NCBI GenBank assembly: GCA_947632615.1
Contig: CANRPW010000006.1
Coordinates: 11,826 to 75,825 of the forward strand
Direction of reading: 5' to 3'
Source of the DNA: an uncultured Clostridia bacterium
GTDB lineage: Bacteria; Bacillota; Clostridia; Lachnospirales; CAG-274
DNA length: 64,000 nt
A program made the translations under genes and the position numbers. Positions 38,215-48,728 of this stretch are shown here, in pieces; the first letter of the stretch is position 1; each line of letters starts with the position of its first letter. The notes under the pieces are model-generated. The model saw nothing but the letters and a program-made list of their open reading frames with translations, had not been told where the DNA came from and did no database searches.

Positions 38215-39537
38215 ATGGCAAAGCCTATAGTTGCCATTGTTGGAAGACCAAACGTTGGCAAATCGACTTTATTTAACAGAATAGCAGGCGAGAGAATATC
38301 CATAGTTGAAGATACGCCGGGCGTAACAAGAGACAGAATATACGCCGAGGCGGATTGGCTGGATCATAATTTTACAATGATAGACACAGGCGGCTTAGAA
38401 CCTGCCAGTGAAGACTTTATGCTTAAAAGAATGTACGAGCAGGCAGAAATAGCCATAGACCTTGCCGATGTCATACTTTTTGTAACAGACATAAAGGCAG
38501 GCGTCACCGATGCGGACGTTCAGGTGGCGGAGATACTCAGGCGTGCAAAAAAGCCTATTGTGCTTGTGGTAAACAAAATGGACGACCCTAAAAAATATAG
38601 CTCGGATATTTATGAATTTTATGAGCTTGGGCTTGGTGAGCCATTCGGCGTTTCTGCAGGACAGGCTCTTGGCCTTGGTGACCTTCTTGACGAGGTGGTT
38701 TCTCACTTTGACAAAAATTCCGCCCAAGAGGAGGAGAACGTAATAAAGGTTGCCGTTGTGGGCAAGCCCAATGCAGGCAAGTCTTCTCTGATAAACAAGA
38801 TACTCGGTGAAGAAAGAGTTATTGTAAGTGATATAGCGGGCACAACAAGAGATGCCATAGACACCCGCTACGAAAAAGATGGCAAAAAATATGTTTTCAT
38901 AGACACAGCCGGCATAAGGCGCAAAAGCAAAATAAAGGAAAATATCGAAAAATACAGCATTATAAGAGCCGTGGCAGCTGTTGAGCGCTGTGACGTGTGT
39001 ATAATCTTAATCGATGCCAACGAGGGCGTTACGGATCAGGACACAAAGATAGCAGGCATAGCCCACGAAGCGGGCAAGGGCTGTATAATCGCCGTAAACA
39101 AATGGGACACCATAGAGAAGGACGGAAAGACAATAAACAAATTCTCAAAGGACATAGACTTAGAGCTTAAATATATGCTCTATGCTCCTAAAATATTTAT
39201 TTCTGCCCTTACGGGACAAAGGGTGCAAAATCTGTTTGCCCTTATAAACGAAGTCCACGAAAACAACACAAAGCGTGTGCAGACAGGTATATTAAACGAT
39301 GTTTTGACAGAGGCTCTGGCTATGAATCAGCCACCTGCCGAAAAGGGCAGACAGCTGAGGATATATTATATGACACAGGTTTCCGTAAAGCCGCCCACCT
39401 TTGTTATTTTTGTAAACAACTCCGAGCTTTTGCATTTTTCATACAAGCGCTATATAGAAAATCAGCTAAGAGATGCATTTGGATTTAAGGGTACGACAAT
39501 ACACTTTATTGTAAGAAACAGAAACGAAAGGAATTAA
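38215..39537 (+). CDS. der: Ribosome-associated GTPase Der (EngA)
   Basis: Two G domains ([12 protein letters not shown] and [12 protein letters not shown]) plus a KH-like C-terminus. ATG 38215 follows GGAGGAAA. The ORF-track extension to 38074 reads through the hairpins. Confidence 0.93.
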   Translation: MAKPIVAIVGRPNVGKSTLFNRIAGERISIVEDTPGVTRDRIYAEADWLDHNFTMIDTGGLEPASEDFMLKRMYEQAEIAIDLADVILFVTDIKAGVTDADVQVAEILRRAKKPIVLVVNKMDDPKKYSSDIYEFYELGLGEPFGVSAGQALGLGDLLDEVVSHFDKNSAQEEENVIKVAVVGKPNAGKSSLINKILGEERVIVSDIAGTTRDAIDTRYEKDGKKYVFIDTAGIRRKSKIKENIEKYSIIRAVAAVERCDVCIILIDANEGVTDQDTKIAGIAHEAGKGCIIAVNKWDTIEKDGKTINKFSKDIDLELKYMLYAPKIFISALTGQRVQNLFALINEVHENNTKRVQTGILNDVLTEALAMNQPPAEKGRQLRIYYMTQVSVKPPTFVIFVNNSELLHFSYKRYIENQLRDAFGFKGTTIHFIVRNRNERN

Positions 39538-39539
39538 TT

Positions 39540-40169
39540 ATGATAGTTGACAGACTTATTTGTCTTATTTTAGGCTATGTCATAGGGCTTTTTCAATCCG
39601 CCTATATTTTTGGCAAAGTATTTATGAACATAGACATAAGAAATTCAGGCAGCGGAAACTCAGGAACTACCAACGCCTTCCGTGTAATGGGAAAAAAGGC
39701 AGGCATACTCGTTTTCTTAGGCGACCTTTTAAAGGTTATACTTGCCTATACAGTAGCCTCGCTTATATTCGGCGGCAGCGGAACATTTGTAGGCGGCGGA
39801 CTTTATTATTATGGCATATACGGCGCACTTGGCTGTATATTGGGGCACAACTTTCCGTTTTATATGGGCTTTAAGGGCGGCAAGGGCATAGCCTGCACAT
39901 TAGGGCTTATGCTTTGCATAAATCTTTATTTAGCCCTGCTTGCATATTTAATAGGCTTTATTGTGTTTAAGCTCAAAAACTACGTTTCCCTTGCTTCACT
40001 TACTATGGTAACGGTCTATCCCATACTCATGATAATATGCAGAGGCTTTGAAACAGAATCTATAATACTTATGTTTGTTATAGCGCTGCTTGCCTTCTAC
40101 AAGCATAAGGAAAACATAAAAAGACTTATAAGCGGAACAGAAAATAAATTTTCCATAAATAAGGGGTGA
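39540..40169 (+). CDS. plsY: Glycerol-3-phosphate acyltransferase PlsY
   Basis: 209-aa membrane protein with SGNSGTTNAFR and GHNFPFYMGFKGGKG, the PlsY signatures. Confidence 0.92.
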   Translation: MIVDRLICLILGYVIGLFQSAYIFGKVFMNIDIRNSGSGNSGTTNAFRVMGKKAGILVFLGDLLKVILAYTVASLIFGGSGTFVGGGLYYYGIYGALGCILGHNFPFYMGFKGGKGIACTLGLMLCINLYLALLAYLIGFIVFKLKNYVSLASLTMVTVYPILMIICRGFETESIILMFVIALLAFYKHKENIKRLISGTENKFSINKG

Positions 40170-40173
40170 GCAC

Positions 40174-41172
40174 ATGAGCAAAAAAATAACAGTCATAGGC
40201 TCAGGCAGCTGGGGTACGGCTCTTGCCTGTACTCTTGCAGACAATGGGCATAAGGTCACGCTTTGGTCGTTTCTTAAAAAAGAGGCCGAGGCTCTTAAAG
40301 CCAACAGAGAAAATAAGGAGTTTCTTCCGGGGGTAAAAATTCCCGAAAGCATTGAAATAACCACCGATGTAAAATGTGTAGAAAGCGCCGAAATGGTAGT
40401 TTTCGCTGTGCCCTCAAAATTTGTAAGAGACAGGGCGAAGGACTTTGCTCCCTACGTTCCCAAGGGCTGCATTGTAGTAAATGTGGCAAAGGGACTTGAA
40501 GAAAGCAGCCTTAAACGCCTTTCAGAGGTAATAACAGACGAAATACCCGACTGCAAAATAGCAGTTCTTTCAGGTCCAAGTCACGCAGAAGAGGTAGGAA
40601 GAAAGCTTCCCTCAACCTGTGTTGCGGCTTCCGAAGATATAGAAACAGCAAAGCAGGTTCAGGATGCGTTTATTAATCCTTATTTCAGAATTTATGTAAA
40701 CGACGACATAATAGGCGTAGAGCTTGGCGGCGCACTTAAAAATCTTATCGCCCTTGCCGCAGGCGTATGTGACGGCATAGGCTTTGGCGACAATGCAAAG
40801 GCTGCTCTTATGACAAGAGGTCTTGCTGAAATTTCAAGGCTTGGCGTTAAAATGGGAGCTAAGGCTGAGACCTTTGCAGGGCTTACAGGCGTTGGCGACC
40901 TTATAGTAACCTGTACAAGTATGCACTCACGCAACAGACGGGCAGGCATACTTATAGGGCAGGGAAAAAGTCTTGCCGAGGCTCTTAATGAGGTACATAT
41001 GGTAGTAGAGGGCGTAAATACCGCTGCAGCAGCTTTTGCACTTGCTAAAAAGTATGATGCCGACATGCCCATAACAGCAGAAATAAACAAGGTTCTTTTT
41101 GAAGGTGAAGACCCTAAACAGGCTGTTGTTACTCTTATGAACAGAGATAAGACCCACGAAAACAGACGTTAA
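40174..41172 (+). CDS. gpsA: NAD(P)H-dependent glycerol-3-phosphate dehydrogenase
   Basis: ITVIGSGSWGTALA Rossmann motif, GPSHAEEV and GALKN. der-plsY-gpsA synteny is classic. Confidence 0.93.
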   Translation: MSKKITVIGSGSWGTALACTLADNGHKVTLWSFLKKEAEALKANRENKEFLPGVKIPESIEITTDVKCVESAEMVVFAVPSKFVRDRAKDFAPYVPKGCIVVNVAKGLEESSLKRLSEVITDEIPDCKIAVLSGPSHAEEVGRKLPSTCVAASEDIETAKQVQDAFINPYFRIYVNDDIIGVELGGALKNLIALAAGVCDGIGFGDNAKAALMTRGLAEISRLGVKMGAKAETFAGLTGVGDLIVTCTSMHSRNRRAGILIGQGKSLAEALNEVHMVVEGVNTAAAAFALAKKYDADMPITAEINKVLFEGEDPKQAVVTLMNRDKTHENRR

Positions 41173-41205
41173 GGTTTAGTGCCTGCTTAAAAAAATAAAG
41201 CTGCC

Positions 41206-41347
41206 CGCCCTGTTTTAACATCTCTATCGAGATGTTAAAACAGGGCGACCCGTGGGGGCGTGGGAGAGAGGCGAGGCGAGCCGAGGGAAACGGAGCCGCT
41301 TCGGGCTCCGTTTCCCTCGGCTCGCCTCGCCTCTCTCCCACGCCTCC
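41206..41347. repeat. GC-rich hairpin array A7 (2 hairpins) between co-directional gpsA and the GH43 gene
   Basis: 41206-41224/41229-41247 (19 bp perfect, loop tatc); 41254-41297/41304-41347 (44 bp with one G-T, loop gcttcg). Confidence 0.9.
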
Positions 41348-41415
41348 AAACCGCAGCTTTGTTGGCAAAAATCTTTGTTTGGCAAAATTTTAAAATTATA
41401 TATAGGAGAAAAATT

Positions 41416-43017
41416 ATGTTTGAAAAATATATAGGAAAATGGATCGCCGACAACGGCGACGGAACATTCAAAAATCCCATATTGTTTGCCGATTATTCAG
41501 ACCCCGATGTTATAAGGGTTGGCGACGATTTCTTTATGACGGCTTCATCATTTACCTACTTTCCCGGTTTGCCTATTCTCCATTCAAAGGATCTTGTAAA
41601 CTGGAAGCTTGTAAATATGGCTGTAAAGAAGCTGCCATTTATTGACTACGATCTCCCCTGCCACGGCAAGGGCGTATGGGCGCCGGCTATGAAATATCAC
41701 AACGGCACATATTATATAGCCTTTTCAACCCCCGACGAAGGTCTTTTCATGGTCAAAACCAAAGACCCCTTCGGAGAATGGAGCGACGTTATAACCCTCA
41801 CAAGAGCCAAAGGCTGGATAGACCCCTGCCCCTTCTGGGACGACGACGGAAACGCCTACATCGTAAGAGGCGTTGCAAGATCCCGCAGCGGACTTAAAAG
41901 TCGGCTTTTTCTTCACAGAATGAGCGAGGACGGAGAAAAGCTCCTTGACGACGGCGTTCTTATATATGACGGCAGAATACAAAATCCTACCATTGAAGGT
42001 CCAAAAATGTATAAAAGAAACGGCTATTATTACATTTTTGCCCCCGCAGGCGGAGTAAAACCCGGCTGGCAGGTAGTTCTGCGAAGCAAAAACATATATG
42101 GCCCTTACGAATATAAAATAGTTCTCCATCAGGGCGAGACTCTTATAAACGGTCCTCATCAGGGTGGACTTATAGATATGGAAAACGGCGAAAGCTGGTT
42201 CATTCACTTCCGTGACTGCGACGGCTACGGCAGAACGACCTATTTAGAGCCTGCAAAGTGGACAGACGACGACTGGATAACCATGGGCGATGACATAGGC
42301 GGCGACGGCATAGGCGAGCCTGTAGACACATATAAAAAGCCTGTTGCTTCCGACGAAGTATGCACTCCCCAAACAGATGACGACTTTAAGGAGGGCATTG
42401 GTATTCAGTGGCAATGGCAGGCTCATGGAAACAAAGACTTTTACGATATAACTCCAAACGGTCTCAGGCTTTTTGCATATCCCAACAAGGGAGGGCTTAC
42501 AAACGCCCCCAACCTTCTTTCTCAGCTTATGCAAGCGCCTAATTTCACAATGGACACCAAGGTCAGCCTTTCTCTTAAAGACGGCGACAGCGCAGGCATA
42601 TGTATAACAGGCGGCAGCTATAATGCCATAAAGCTTGAAAACAGGGGCGGAAAGCTTTTTGCCGTGCAGTCAAATCTTATATATGACAGCGACCAAAGCG
42701 AGGAGTTTACCACAGAAAGCAAGGAATATAATTCTGACTTTACTATTTACCTTCGCCTTAAAATGGAGTATAATTGTAAAAAGGGCAGTTTCGGCTTAAA
42801 AGATTTCTTCTCAGCGCCTAAGGAATATTCCGGCTTTACATCTAATGTAAGCTTTTATATTTCAAGTGACGGCAAAAATTATGAGAAGATAGGAGATACT
42901 GTAGAATATAAGGTGTCGAGAAACAGTTGGGTAGGCGGTCGCTGCGGTTTGTTCTGCATAAGCGGCGACGATAAGCCCGGCGGATATGCCGATTTTGAAT
43001 ATGTAAGGTTTTGGTGA
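41416..43017 (+). CDS. Glycoside hydrolase family 43 (beta-xylosidase / alpha-L-arabinofuranosidase type) with C-terminal ConA-like domain
   Basis: NPILFADYSDPDVIRVGDDFFMTASSF, WAPAMKYHNGTYY and IEGPKMYKRNGYYY are GH43 five-bladed propeller motifs. ATG 41416 follows AGGAGA. The upstream track extension reads through hairpins. Confidence 0.82.
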   Translation: MFEKYIGKWIADNGDGTFKNPILFADYSDPDVIRVGDDFFMTASSFTYFPGLPILHSKDLVNWKLVNMAVKKLPFIDYDLPCHGKGVWAPAMKYHNGTYYIAFSTPDEGLFMVKTKDPFGEWSDVITLTRAKGWIDPCPFWDDDGNAYIVRGVARSRSGLKSRLFLHRMSEDGEKLLDDGVLIYDGRIQNPTIEGPKMYKRNGYYYIFAPAGGVKPGWQVVLRSKNIYGPYEYKIVLHQGETLINGPHQGGLIDMENGESWFIHFRDCDGYGRTTYLEPAKWTDDDWITMGDDIGGDGIGEPVDTYKKPVASDEVCTPQTDDDFKEGIGIQWQWQAHGNKDFYDITPNGLRLFAYPNKGGLTNAPNLLSQLMQAPNFTMDTKVSLSLKDGDSAGICITGGSYNAIKLENRGGKLFAVQSNLIYDSDQSEEFTTESKEYNSDFTIYLRLKMEYNCKKGSFGLKDFFSAPKEYSGFTSNVSFYISSDGKNYEKIGDTVEYKVSRNSWVGGRCGLFCISGDDKPGGYADFEYVRFW

Positions 43018-43021
43018 TAAC

Positions 43022-43318
43022 ATGTATTTTTCGGAAAAGCTTTTATTTAAGGGCATAGAGAACAAAAACGAGGTTATGTCAGCCATTGAAAACGGTGACG
43101 AGGTTTTAAATGCTTTTTTGCTCTGCAAAAGTCTGTCGGACAATATATTTGAAATATTCGAGCTTTCCGAAATACGTGTAAAACACTATATTAATAAACC
43201 ATATAAGGTTTTAGGCATAGCAGGAGGAAAGCAAAACTGTATGCTTATGGCAAAGGAAATCATTGAAAATTATTTAAAAGACCAGGGCACTTTGGAGGGA
43301 CTGAAGGAAAGTCTGTAA
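43022..43318 (+). CDS. Hypothetical protein (98 aa)
   Basis: The ORF starts 4 nt after the GH43 stop. I recognise no motif. Confidence 0.4.
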   Translation: MYFSEKLLFKGIENKNEVMSAIENGDEVLNAFLLCKSLSDNIFEIFELSEIRVKHYINKPYKVLGIAGGKQNCMLMAKEIIENYLKDQGTLEGLKESL

Positions 43319-43334
43319 ACGGGGAGAAGGTAAT

Positions 43335-44162
43335 ATGGCGCTTGTTTTTACAATTATTAAAATATTGGGTCTTGTACTTCTTGCCCTTTTGGCTTTTACA
43401 CTTATCACACTTGTTATAGCCCTGTTTGCTCCCCTCAAGCTGGAGCTTACGGCAGACAAAAACGGTGAACTTCGGGCAAAGGGCTCGCTTAAATGGCTTT
43501 TTAGTCTTGTCGGGTTTAATATAGCCTACTTAGGCGATAATATCGACTATAGCTTTTATTATCCCTTAAAATCTCTGCTGACGGGAGAACGAAAACAAAA
43601 GCCGAAGAAGCCTAAGCGCAAAAAACAAGCCCCGCCTCCGCCCAAGGCTTCACCAAGCCAAAATGAGGTGTCTAAACCCAAATCGGTAGATCAATCACCC
43701 CAAAGCGAAGCATCAAAGTCTCACACCGCGGAACCGCTTAAAAAGCCCGAGGAAAAAACATCGCATAAAGGCAAGCCTCGTAAAAAGAAGAAGAAAACAG
43801 GACCTTCATTTATAGGCAGCCTGAAGGATATTGTAGAACAATTTAAAGCTATTGAAAACAAAAAAGAAATTTTAGACTGCTTTATAAAAAACGCAAAATT
43901 TTTTCTTTCTCATATAAAGTTTGACATTATAAAGCTCAGGCTTGTTTTCGGCTTTGAAGACCCTTCTCTTACGGGCAAGGTCTTAGGCATACTCTACAGC
44001 TTGGGCATCCCCTTTTTAAAGGGAGTTCATATAAATGCCGATTTTGAAAAGGCAATATTTGAAACAGACGTTAATATAAAGGGCAAAACAAACTTATTTT
44101 TTGTTCTTCTGCCCATTTTAAAATTTATATTAAATAAAAACATAAGAAAAATCATTTTCTAA
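43335..44162 (+). CDS. DUF2953 / YtfI-like sporulation membrane protein
   Basis: N-terminal TM segment, then LKLELTADKNGELRAKGSLKWLF, a Lys/Pro-rich linker and a C-terminal repeat of the same fold. It lies immediately upstream of gerW/ytfJ, as ytfI does in Bacillus. Confidence 0.6.
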   Translation: MALVFTIIKILGLVLLALLAFTLITLVIALFAPLKLELTADKNGELRAKGSLKWLFSLVGFNIAYLGDNIDYSFYYPLKSLLTGERKQKPKKPKRKKQAPPPPKASPSQNEVSKPKSVDQSPQSEASKSHTAEPLKKPEEKTSHKGKPRKKKKKTGPSFIGSLKDIVEQFKAIENKKEILDCFIKNAKFFLSHIKFDIIKLRLVFGFEDPSLTGKVLGILYSLGIPFLKGVHINADFEKAIFETDVNIKGKTNLFFVLLPILKFILNKNIRKIIF

Positions 44163-44173
44163 GGAGGTAAATC

Positions 44174-44578
44174 ATGAGTAATTTAACCACAAGTCTTGAT
44201 ACTCTTTTTTCAAAAATGGACGGTTTTGTATCTTCAAAAACCGTTGTAGGCGAGCCCATGAACCTGGGCGACGTAACTGTCATACCCCTTGTAGATGTGT
44301 CATTCGGCGTAGGAGCTGGAGCTTCTGACAAAACCGATGACAAAAAATCAGGCGAGACCTGCGGCGGTGGCTTAGGCGCAAAAATAACCCCTGCCGCTGT
44401 TATAATAATAAAGGACGGCAAGATACAGCTTGTAAACGTAAAGAACGAAAACAGCGTAAATAAGTTGATAGATATGGTGCCGGGCATACTTGACAGGCTC
44501 AGCTTTAAAAGAAGCCCTAAAAATGATTTAACCGAAGACGAAAAGGAAGTTTTTTCAGAAGAGAGAATAAGCGAGTAA
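44174..44578 (+). CDS. gerW: Spore germination protein GerW (YtfJ)
   Basis: VVGEPMNLGDVTVIPLVDVSFGVGAG...GGGLGAKITPAAVIIIKDGKIQLV matches my recollection of the YtfJ/GerW family core. Confidence 0.8.
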   Translation: MSNLTTSLDTLFSKMDGFVSSKTVVGEPMNLGDVTVIPLVDVSFGVGAGASDKTDDKKSGETCGGGLGAKITPAAVIIIKDGKIQLVNVKNENSVNKLIDMVPGILDRLSFKRSPKNDLTEDEKEVFSEERISE

Positions 44579-44590
44579 GGAGGGGGTTTT

Positions 44591-45130
44591 ATGGATTTTC
44601 CGGAAAGCACATATCTGGAGCAGCTTGTAACGCACCACGAAACAAAGCATGATATAAGAAGGAGAATGGTTGTTCTTGTAATAACTGCCCTTTTTATTCT
44701 CATATGGCTTCACATCATATTTATTCCGGCGATGATAGCTCTTCAAATTCTTACAATAGCCATAGCATATTTCGTTCTCAGAATATTTTTCAATAAGGAA
44801 TATGAATATTGCTTTGTAGACGGCGAGCTTGACATAGACGTTATTTACAACAAGTCTTACAGAAGGCGTGTATTTAAAGGCGAAGTTTTGGAGTTTGAAA
44901 TGTTTGCTCACTTTAGCGACAGCGAACACCTTGATTTTTACAAAAACTTCAAATTTAAAGATTATTCGGGCGGTATAGTCACCCCCAACACATACATTTT
45001 CGTAACCTCTTATAAGGGCAAAAAAACCAGATTTGCTATAGAGCCAAACGACGAGCTTATAGATCTGATCTGCCGTAGAATGCAGCACGGAAAGTTTTTC
45101 AAAAAAGTAAACGCGGAGGATAAAATATGA
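44591..45130 (+). CDS. Hypothetical membrane protein (179 aa)
   Basis: ORF after a GGAGGGGG RBS with two TM helices near the N-terminus. It overlaps the guaA start by 4 nt. Confidence 0.5.
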   Translation: MDFPESTYLEQLVTHHETKHDIRRRMVVLVITALFILIWLHIIFIPAMIALQILTIAIAYFVLRIFFNKEYEYCFVDGELDIDVIYNKSYRRRVFKGEVLEFEMFAHFSDSEHLDFYKNFKFKDYSGGIVTPNTYIFVTSYKGKKTRFAIEPNDELIDLICRRMQHGKFFKKVNAEDKI

Positions 45131-46659
45131 AGCATGAATTAATAATAGTACTCGACTTTGGCGGTCAGTACAATCAGCTTATAGCCAGACGTGTGAGAGA
45201 CTTAAACGTATACTGCGAGGTAAAGTCGTATAAAACCCCTATCTCAGAGCTTAAAGCCATGAACCCATCGGGTTTTATATTTACAGGCGGACCCAACAGC
45301 GTATACCTTGACACCTCACCCACCATATCAAAGGAAATATTCGAGCTGGGACTCCCCATTTTAGGCATATGCTACGGCAGCCAGCTTATGGCTCACGTTT
45401 TGGGAGGAAAGGTAGAGTCGGCCGCAAAAAGCGAATACGGTATGACCTCAACCAACTTCGATACATCAAGCCTTATTTTTGAAGGCACACCGAAAGAGAG
45501 TGTCACCTGGATGAGCCACACCGACAGAATATCGGCTCTCCCCGAAGGCTTTAAAACCACAGCATACACGGCGTCCTGCCCTATCGCCGCTATGGAAAAT
45601 CCCGAAAAGAAGCTTTACGCCGTACAGTTCCACCCCGAAGTATCACACACAAAATACGGAAATGACGTGCTTAAAAACTTCCTTTATAACGTATGTAAGC
45701 TCTCAGGCGACTGGAGCATGAAAAACTACATAAACACAGCCATAAATGACGTACGCGCCAAGGTAGGCGACGGCAAGGTTCTTCTTGCCCTTTCAGGGGG
45801 CGTAGATAGCTCCGTTCTCGCAGCTCTTCTTTCAAGAGCAGTAGGCAACAAGCTCACCTGCATATTTGTAGACCACGGTCTTATGCGTAAAAACGAAGGC
45901 GATGAGGTAGAAGAGGTATTCAAAAACAGAGAGCTCAACTTCATAAGAGTAAACGCAGGTCCTCGCTTCCTTGCAAAGCTCGCAGGCGTGTCAGAGCCCG
46001 AAGCAAAGCGCAAAATAATAGGCGAAGAATTTATAAGAGTATTTGAAGAAGAAGCCAAAAAGCTGGGTAAGGTAGACTTCTTGGCTCAGGGCACCATCTA
46101 CCCCGACGTCATTGAGTCAGGCATGGGCGATGCCGCTGTCATCAAATCTCACCACAACGTAGGCGGTCTTCCCGACTATGTAGATTTCAAAGACATAATA
46201 GAACCCCTGCGCCTTCTTTTCAAAGACGAGGTTCGCCGTCTTGGCATGGAGTTGGGTCTTCCCGACTTCCTCGTATGGCGCCAACCCTTCCCGGGTCCCG
46301 GACTTGCAATAAGAATAATAGGTGACATAACCGAAGAAAGAGTAAAGATACTTCAGGATGCCGACTACATCTTCCGTGAAGAAATAGCCAAAGCCGGTCT
46401 CGACAAAAGCATCAACCAATACTTCGCCGTTCTCACCTCCATGCGCTCAGTAGGCGTAATGGGCGACTTCCGCACCTACGACTACACCTTAGCCCTCCGA
46501 GGCGTAACCACCACCGACTTCATGACAGCCGACTTTGCTCGCATCCCCTACGATGTCCTTTCACACATCTCCGCCCGCATAGTCAACGAAGTCCCCCACC
46601 TCGGCCGCATAGTCTACGACATCACCACCAAACCCCCCGCAACCATCGAGTGGGAGTGA
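45127..46659 (+). CDS. guaA: GMP synthase (glutamine-hydrolysing)
   Basis: GATase domain ([13 protein letters not shown]), PP-loop [10 protein letters not shown] and a C-terminal ...PPATIEWE. 510 aa. Confidence 0.95.
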   Translation: MKHELIIVLDFGGQYNQLIARRVRDLNVYCEVKSYKTPISELKAMNPSGFIFTGGPNSVYLDTSPTISKEIFELGLPILGICYGSQLMAHVLGGKVESAAKSEYGMTSTNFDTSSLIFEGTPKESVTWMSHTDRISALPEGFKTTAYTASCPIAAMENPEKKLYAVQFHPEVSHTKYGNDVLKNFLYNVCKLSGDWSMKNYINTAINDVRAKVGDGKVLLALSGGVDSSVLAALLSRAVGNKLTCIFVDHGLMRKNEGDEVEEVFKNRELNFIRVNAGPRFLAKLAGVSEPEAKRKIIGEEFIRVFEEEAKKLGKVDFLAQGTIYPDVIESGMGDAAVIKSHHNVGGLPDYVDFKDIIEPLRLLFKDEVRRLGMELGLPDFLVWRQPFPGPGLAIRIIGDITEERVKILQDADYIFREEIAKAGLDKSINQYFAVLTSMRSVGVMGDFRTYDYTLALRGVTTTDFMTADFARIPYDVLSHISARIVNEVPHLGRIVYDITTKPPATIEWE

Positions 46660-46759
46660 TTTTACAACCTCAAAAAAGCCCGTAAAATAAGGCTTTTGCC
46701 GCTTTAATGCCCTCCGTGGCAACAAAATGGCAACATTATTCGGATTATTGCATAAGTAA

Positions 46760-46801
46760 AGAGCTATCAGATTTTTGATGTCTGATAGCTCTTTTTGTTT
46801 T
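46760..46801. terminator. Bidirectional stem-loop between guaA and the protease gene
   Basis: 12-bp perfect stem agagctatcaga/tctgatagctct with a 9-nt loop, followed by ttttgttttt on the plus strand. It directly abuts the stop of the minus-strand gene. Confidence 0.6.
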
Positions 46802-47496
46802 TATATTAAATCTTTTATGTAGAACATTGGCGTTATAAGTGCAATTTTGCCACCAGTATCATCACTCATGGTTCCGTGAACAATTCCGTGTAATACAGTT
46901 TTTTCTTTGGTAGCTGTTGCGCATCCCATTTTTTCATAACCTAAATCAAAGACAGGACCGCCGCTATATCCACCTACACTTGGATTTTCCAAACAGAAGA
47001 AATCTGATAGCGTTTTTGTATCTGCTCTTTGTAATGTCAAAAAGGCGGATGATGCATATGAACGAAATGTTAGAGGACTAAATTTATCTTGAATCCCTAA
47101 TCCATTAGGAAAACCTATAACAGTGAGCTCATCATCTCTTGATGCAGGTGTGGTGGAATCATTTATATGATCATATGGAAAGCATCTGTTTTGAAAAAGT
47201 GTTATATATCTCGAAATATCCAGTTCAAGTACAGCCATATCAGCAACTGGATGAATTCTCCATGTTCTATTTGTTGATAAAGCCTTCAGCGGTAGAACTG
47301 TACATTGTGACATGTTCTGGCCAAAAGCCAAAAATGTAGTTTCATTAGTTTCTTTTACAACATGGACTGCGGTAAGTAAAAAGACACTATTTCCTTTTAT
47401 TATAAAGCTTCCCGTTCCTATTGATATTTTGTTGTCGCTTTTTGGCGTCCCAATATAACATACGACATTAAAAAGCTGATCTCTTAAAATAATCAT
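46801..47496 (-). CDS. Cytoplasmic trypsin-like serine protease (S1/Trypsin_2-type fold)
   Basis: 231 aa with triad-like motifs LLTAVHVV (His), ADMAVLEL (Asp) and VGGYSGGPVFD (Ser). No signal peptide. The DNA is A+T-rich. Confidence 0.65.
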   Translation of the reverse strand: MIILRDQLFNVVCYIGTPKSDNKISIGTGSFIIKGNSVFLLTAVHVVKETNETTFLAFGQNMSQCTVLPLKALSTNRTWRIHPVADMAVLELDISRYITLFQNRCFPYDHINDSTTPASRDDELTVIGFPNGLGIQDKFSPLTFRSYASSAFLTLQRADTKTLSDFFCLENPSVGGYSGGPVFDLGYEKMGCATATKEKTVLHGIVHGTMSDDTGGKIALITPMFYIKDLI

Positions 47497-47497
47497 T

Positions 47498-47683
47498 TTA
47501 TTTTTCCTCTTTAAGTGCCTTTGTCAATATTTCACTGAGTTCCTGTGATGGAACTTTTACATAACCAGCGGCTTCATCATGTTTCGGATAATGATAGCAC
47601 CACCTGTCGTAATCTTCCCGGCTGATCTCACCCGCCCTGAGCTTGTCCGCCTGCGCTTTCCAAGCGGTAAGCATTTGCAGCAA
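47498..47683 (-). CDS. Small 61-aa protein coupled to the protease gene (possibly the C-terminal remnant of a longer gene)
   Basis: TTG start. Its stop lies 1 nt before the protease ATG. The frame stays open only 10 more codons upstream (to 47713). The composition is noticeably more G+C-rich than the flanks. Confidence 0.4.
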   Translation of the reverse strand: MLQMLTAWKAQADKLRAGEISREDYDRWCYHYPKHDEAAGYVKVPSQELSEILTKALKEEK

Positions 47684-47941
47684 TTCGGCTGCGTCCTTTC
47701 CCTTGTCGGCGTTCTATAGCCGGATCAGTACTGTGCCATACGGATGTCGGCGGTCTTTTCAGGAAAACCAACCTACATACCAAAATATTTTTGAGTCATA
47801 CCTCTTAAATTTCTGAAAAAGCAAACTCTTTCACCGATAGCAATAAAAATGCTCCTATCTTATTCCTAAAATGAAATATAACATAACAAGTTAGGATGTG
47901 TCAAGATAACCAAAGCAAAAAAGTAAGTGTTTTCTGTGATG

Positions 47942-48318
47942 TCAATAGATATGACCCATTTTCTTAAAAAAGAAAATATTCGGTATGGTAACGCACATGG
48001 AGTGCTTTCCGGTTGTAAAATACCTTTGATCATTTCTATGGCTTCGTTTTATCTTTCCATTGTACCATGGTGTCCTCGGCGGTATCAGTTTGTGCTCTAT
48101 TCCCATTTCCCGAAATTTCTCATCAAACGGACAATCTTCCTTTTCACTTATATATTTGTATGTAAATTCTGTTCCGTTGTCTGTTTGTATTGTTTGTATT
48201 TTATACGGAAATATCTTTTGTAGTATTTCAAGAAATTTCACCGAGTTTTCCGGTGTATGCTTAATTAAGCTTGGTAACTCAATTGTACCATGCCAAGGTT
48301 TGAACTTCTCTTTTTTAT
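47942..48318 (-). pseudogene. IS481-like DDE transposase fragment (C-terminal catalytic part only)
   Basis: The open frame reads ...IQTDNGTEF...GIEHKLIPPRTPWYNGKIKRSHRNDQRYF, matching the rve-domain D..E region. There is no N-terminal HTH or first catalytic Asp region, and no Met start. Confidence 0.7.
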
Positions 48319-48468
48319 TGGTTCATATCATTTTACTTCATACAAGCTATGTATTTAATACCATTGCCTTTGCTATAAGTAGTATTGTTAGTGCCATAAC
48401 ATTTTGTTATTTTCATTTGCCATTACTCTTCTTAATTTTTTATATATTTCTTATTTCTTTTGTGGCAT

Positions 48469-48505
48469 AAAAAACCGCTCCTTTAAAACAAGAGCGGAAA
48501 AAAAT
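48469..48505 (-). terminator. Intrinsic terminator readable on the minus strand
   Basis: ccgctc (48475-48480) pairs with gagcgg (48492-48497). On the minus strand the stem is followed by tttttt. Confidence 0.4.
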
Positions 48506-48585
48506 AAATTTATTAAAGATACTTGATACGCAACAAGCATTATGCTATAATTAAAGCTTAGAAAGGAGGTGTCAGAATAATTGAT

Positions 48586-48669
48586 TTGATCACTGGCTTG
48601 ATAAGCTTAATAACCTCAATAATTTCACTCATAACAGCGGTTATTTTGTACAAGCTCAGTAAAAAGTAA
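48586..48669 (+). CDS. Candidate small hydrophobic peptide 1 (about 27-30 aa, Lys-rich C-terminus)
   Basis: AGGAGG at 48564-48569. The frame reads (IID)LITGLISLITSIISLITAVILYKLSKK*. The start codon is ambiguous (ATA 48577, ATT 48580 or TTG 48586). Confidence 0.3.
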   Translation: MITGLISLITSIISLITAVILYKLSKK

Positions 48670-48728
48670 ACTACCGGAGAGGGTTACGCCATCTCCCTCT
48701 TTGGGGCTATAAATCAATCATCAAAAAT

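Noticed and set aside
48340-48423. Minus-strand 27-aa ORF MKITKCYGTNNTTYSKGNGIKYIACMK upstream of the transposase fragment (possible small Cys peptide).
   Set aside because: It has no convincing RBS, lies in A+T-rich debris adjacent to a truncated IS, has no partner modification or export genes, and is too short to support.
48060-48470. 136-aa plus-strand ORF, and 47927-48223, overlapping the IS481-like fragment.
   Set aside because: They run antisense to a frame with clear DDE-transposase similarity. They are Phe/Ile/Leu/Ser-rich translations of A+T-rich DNA with no RBS.
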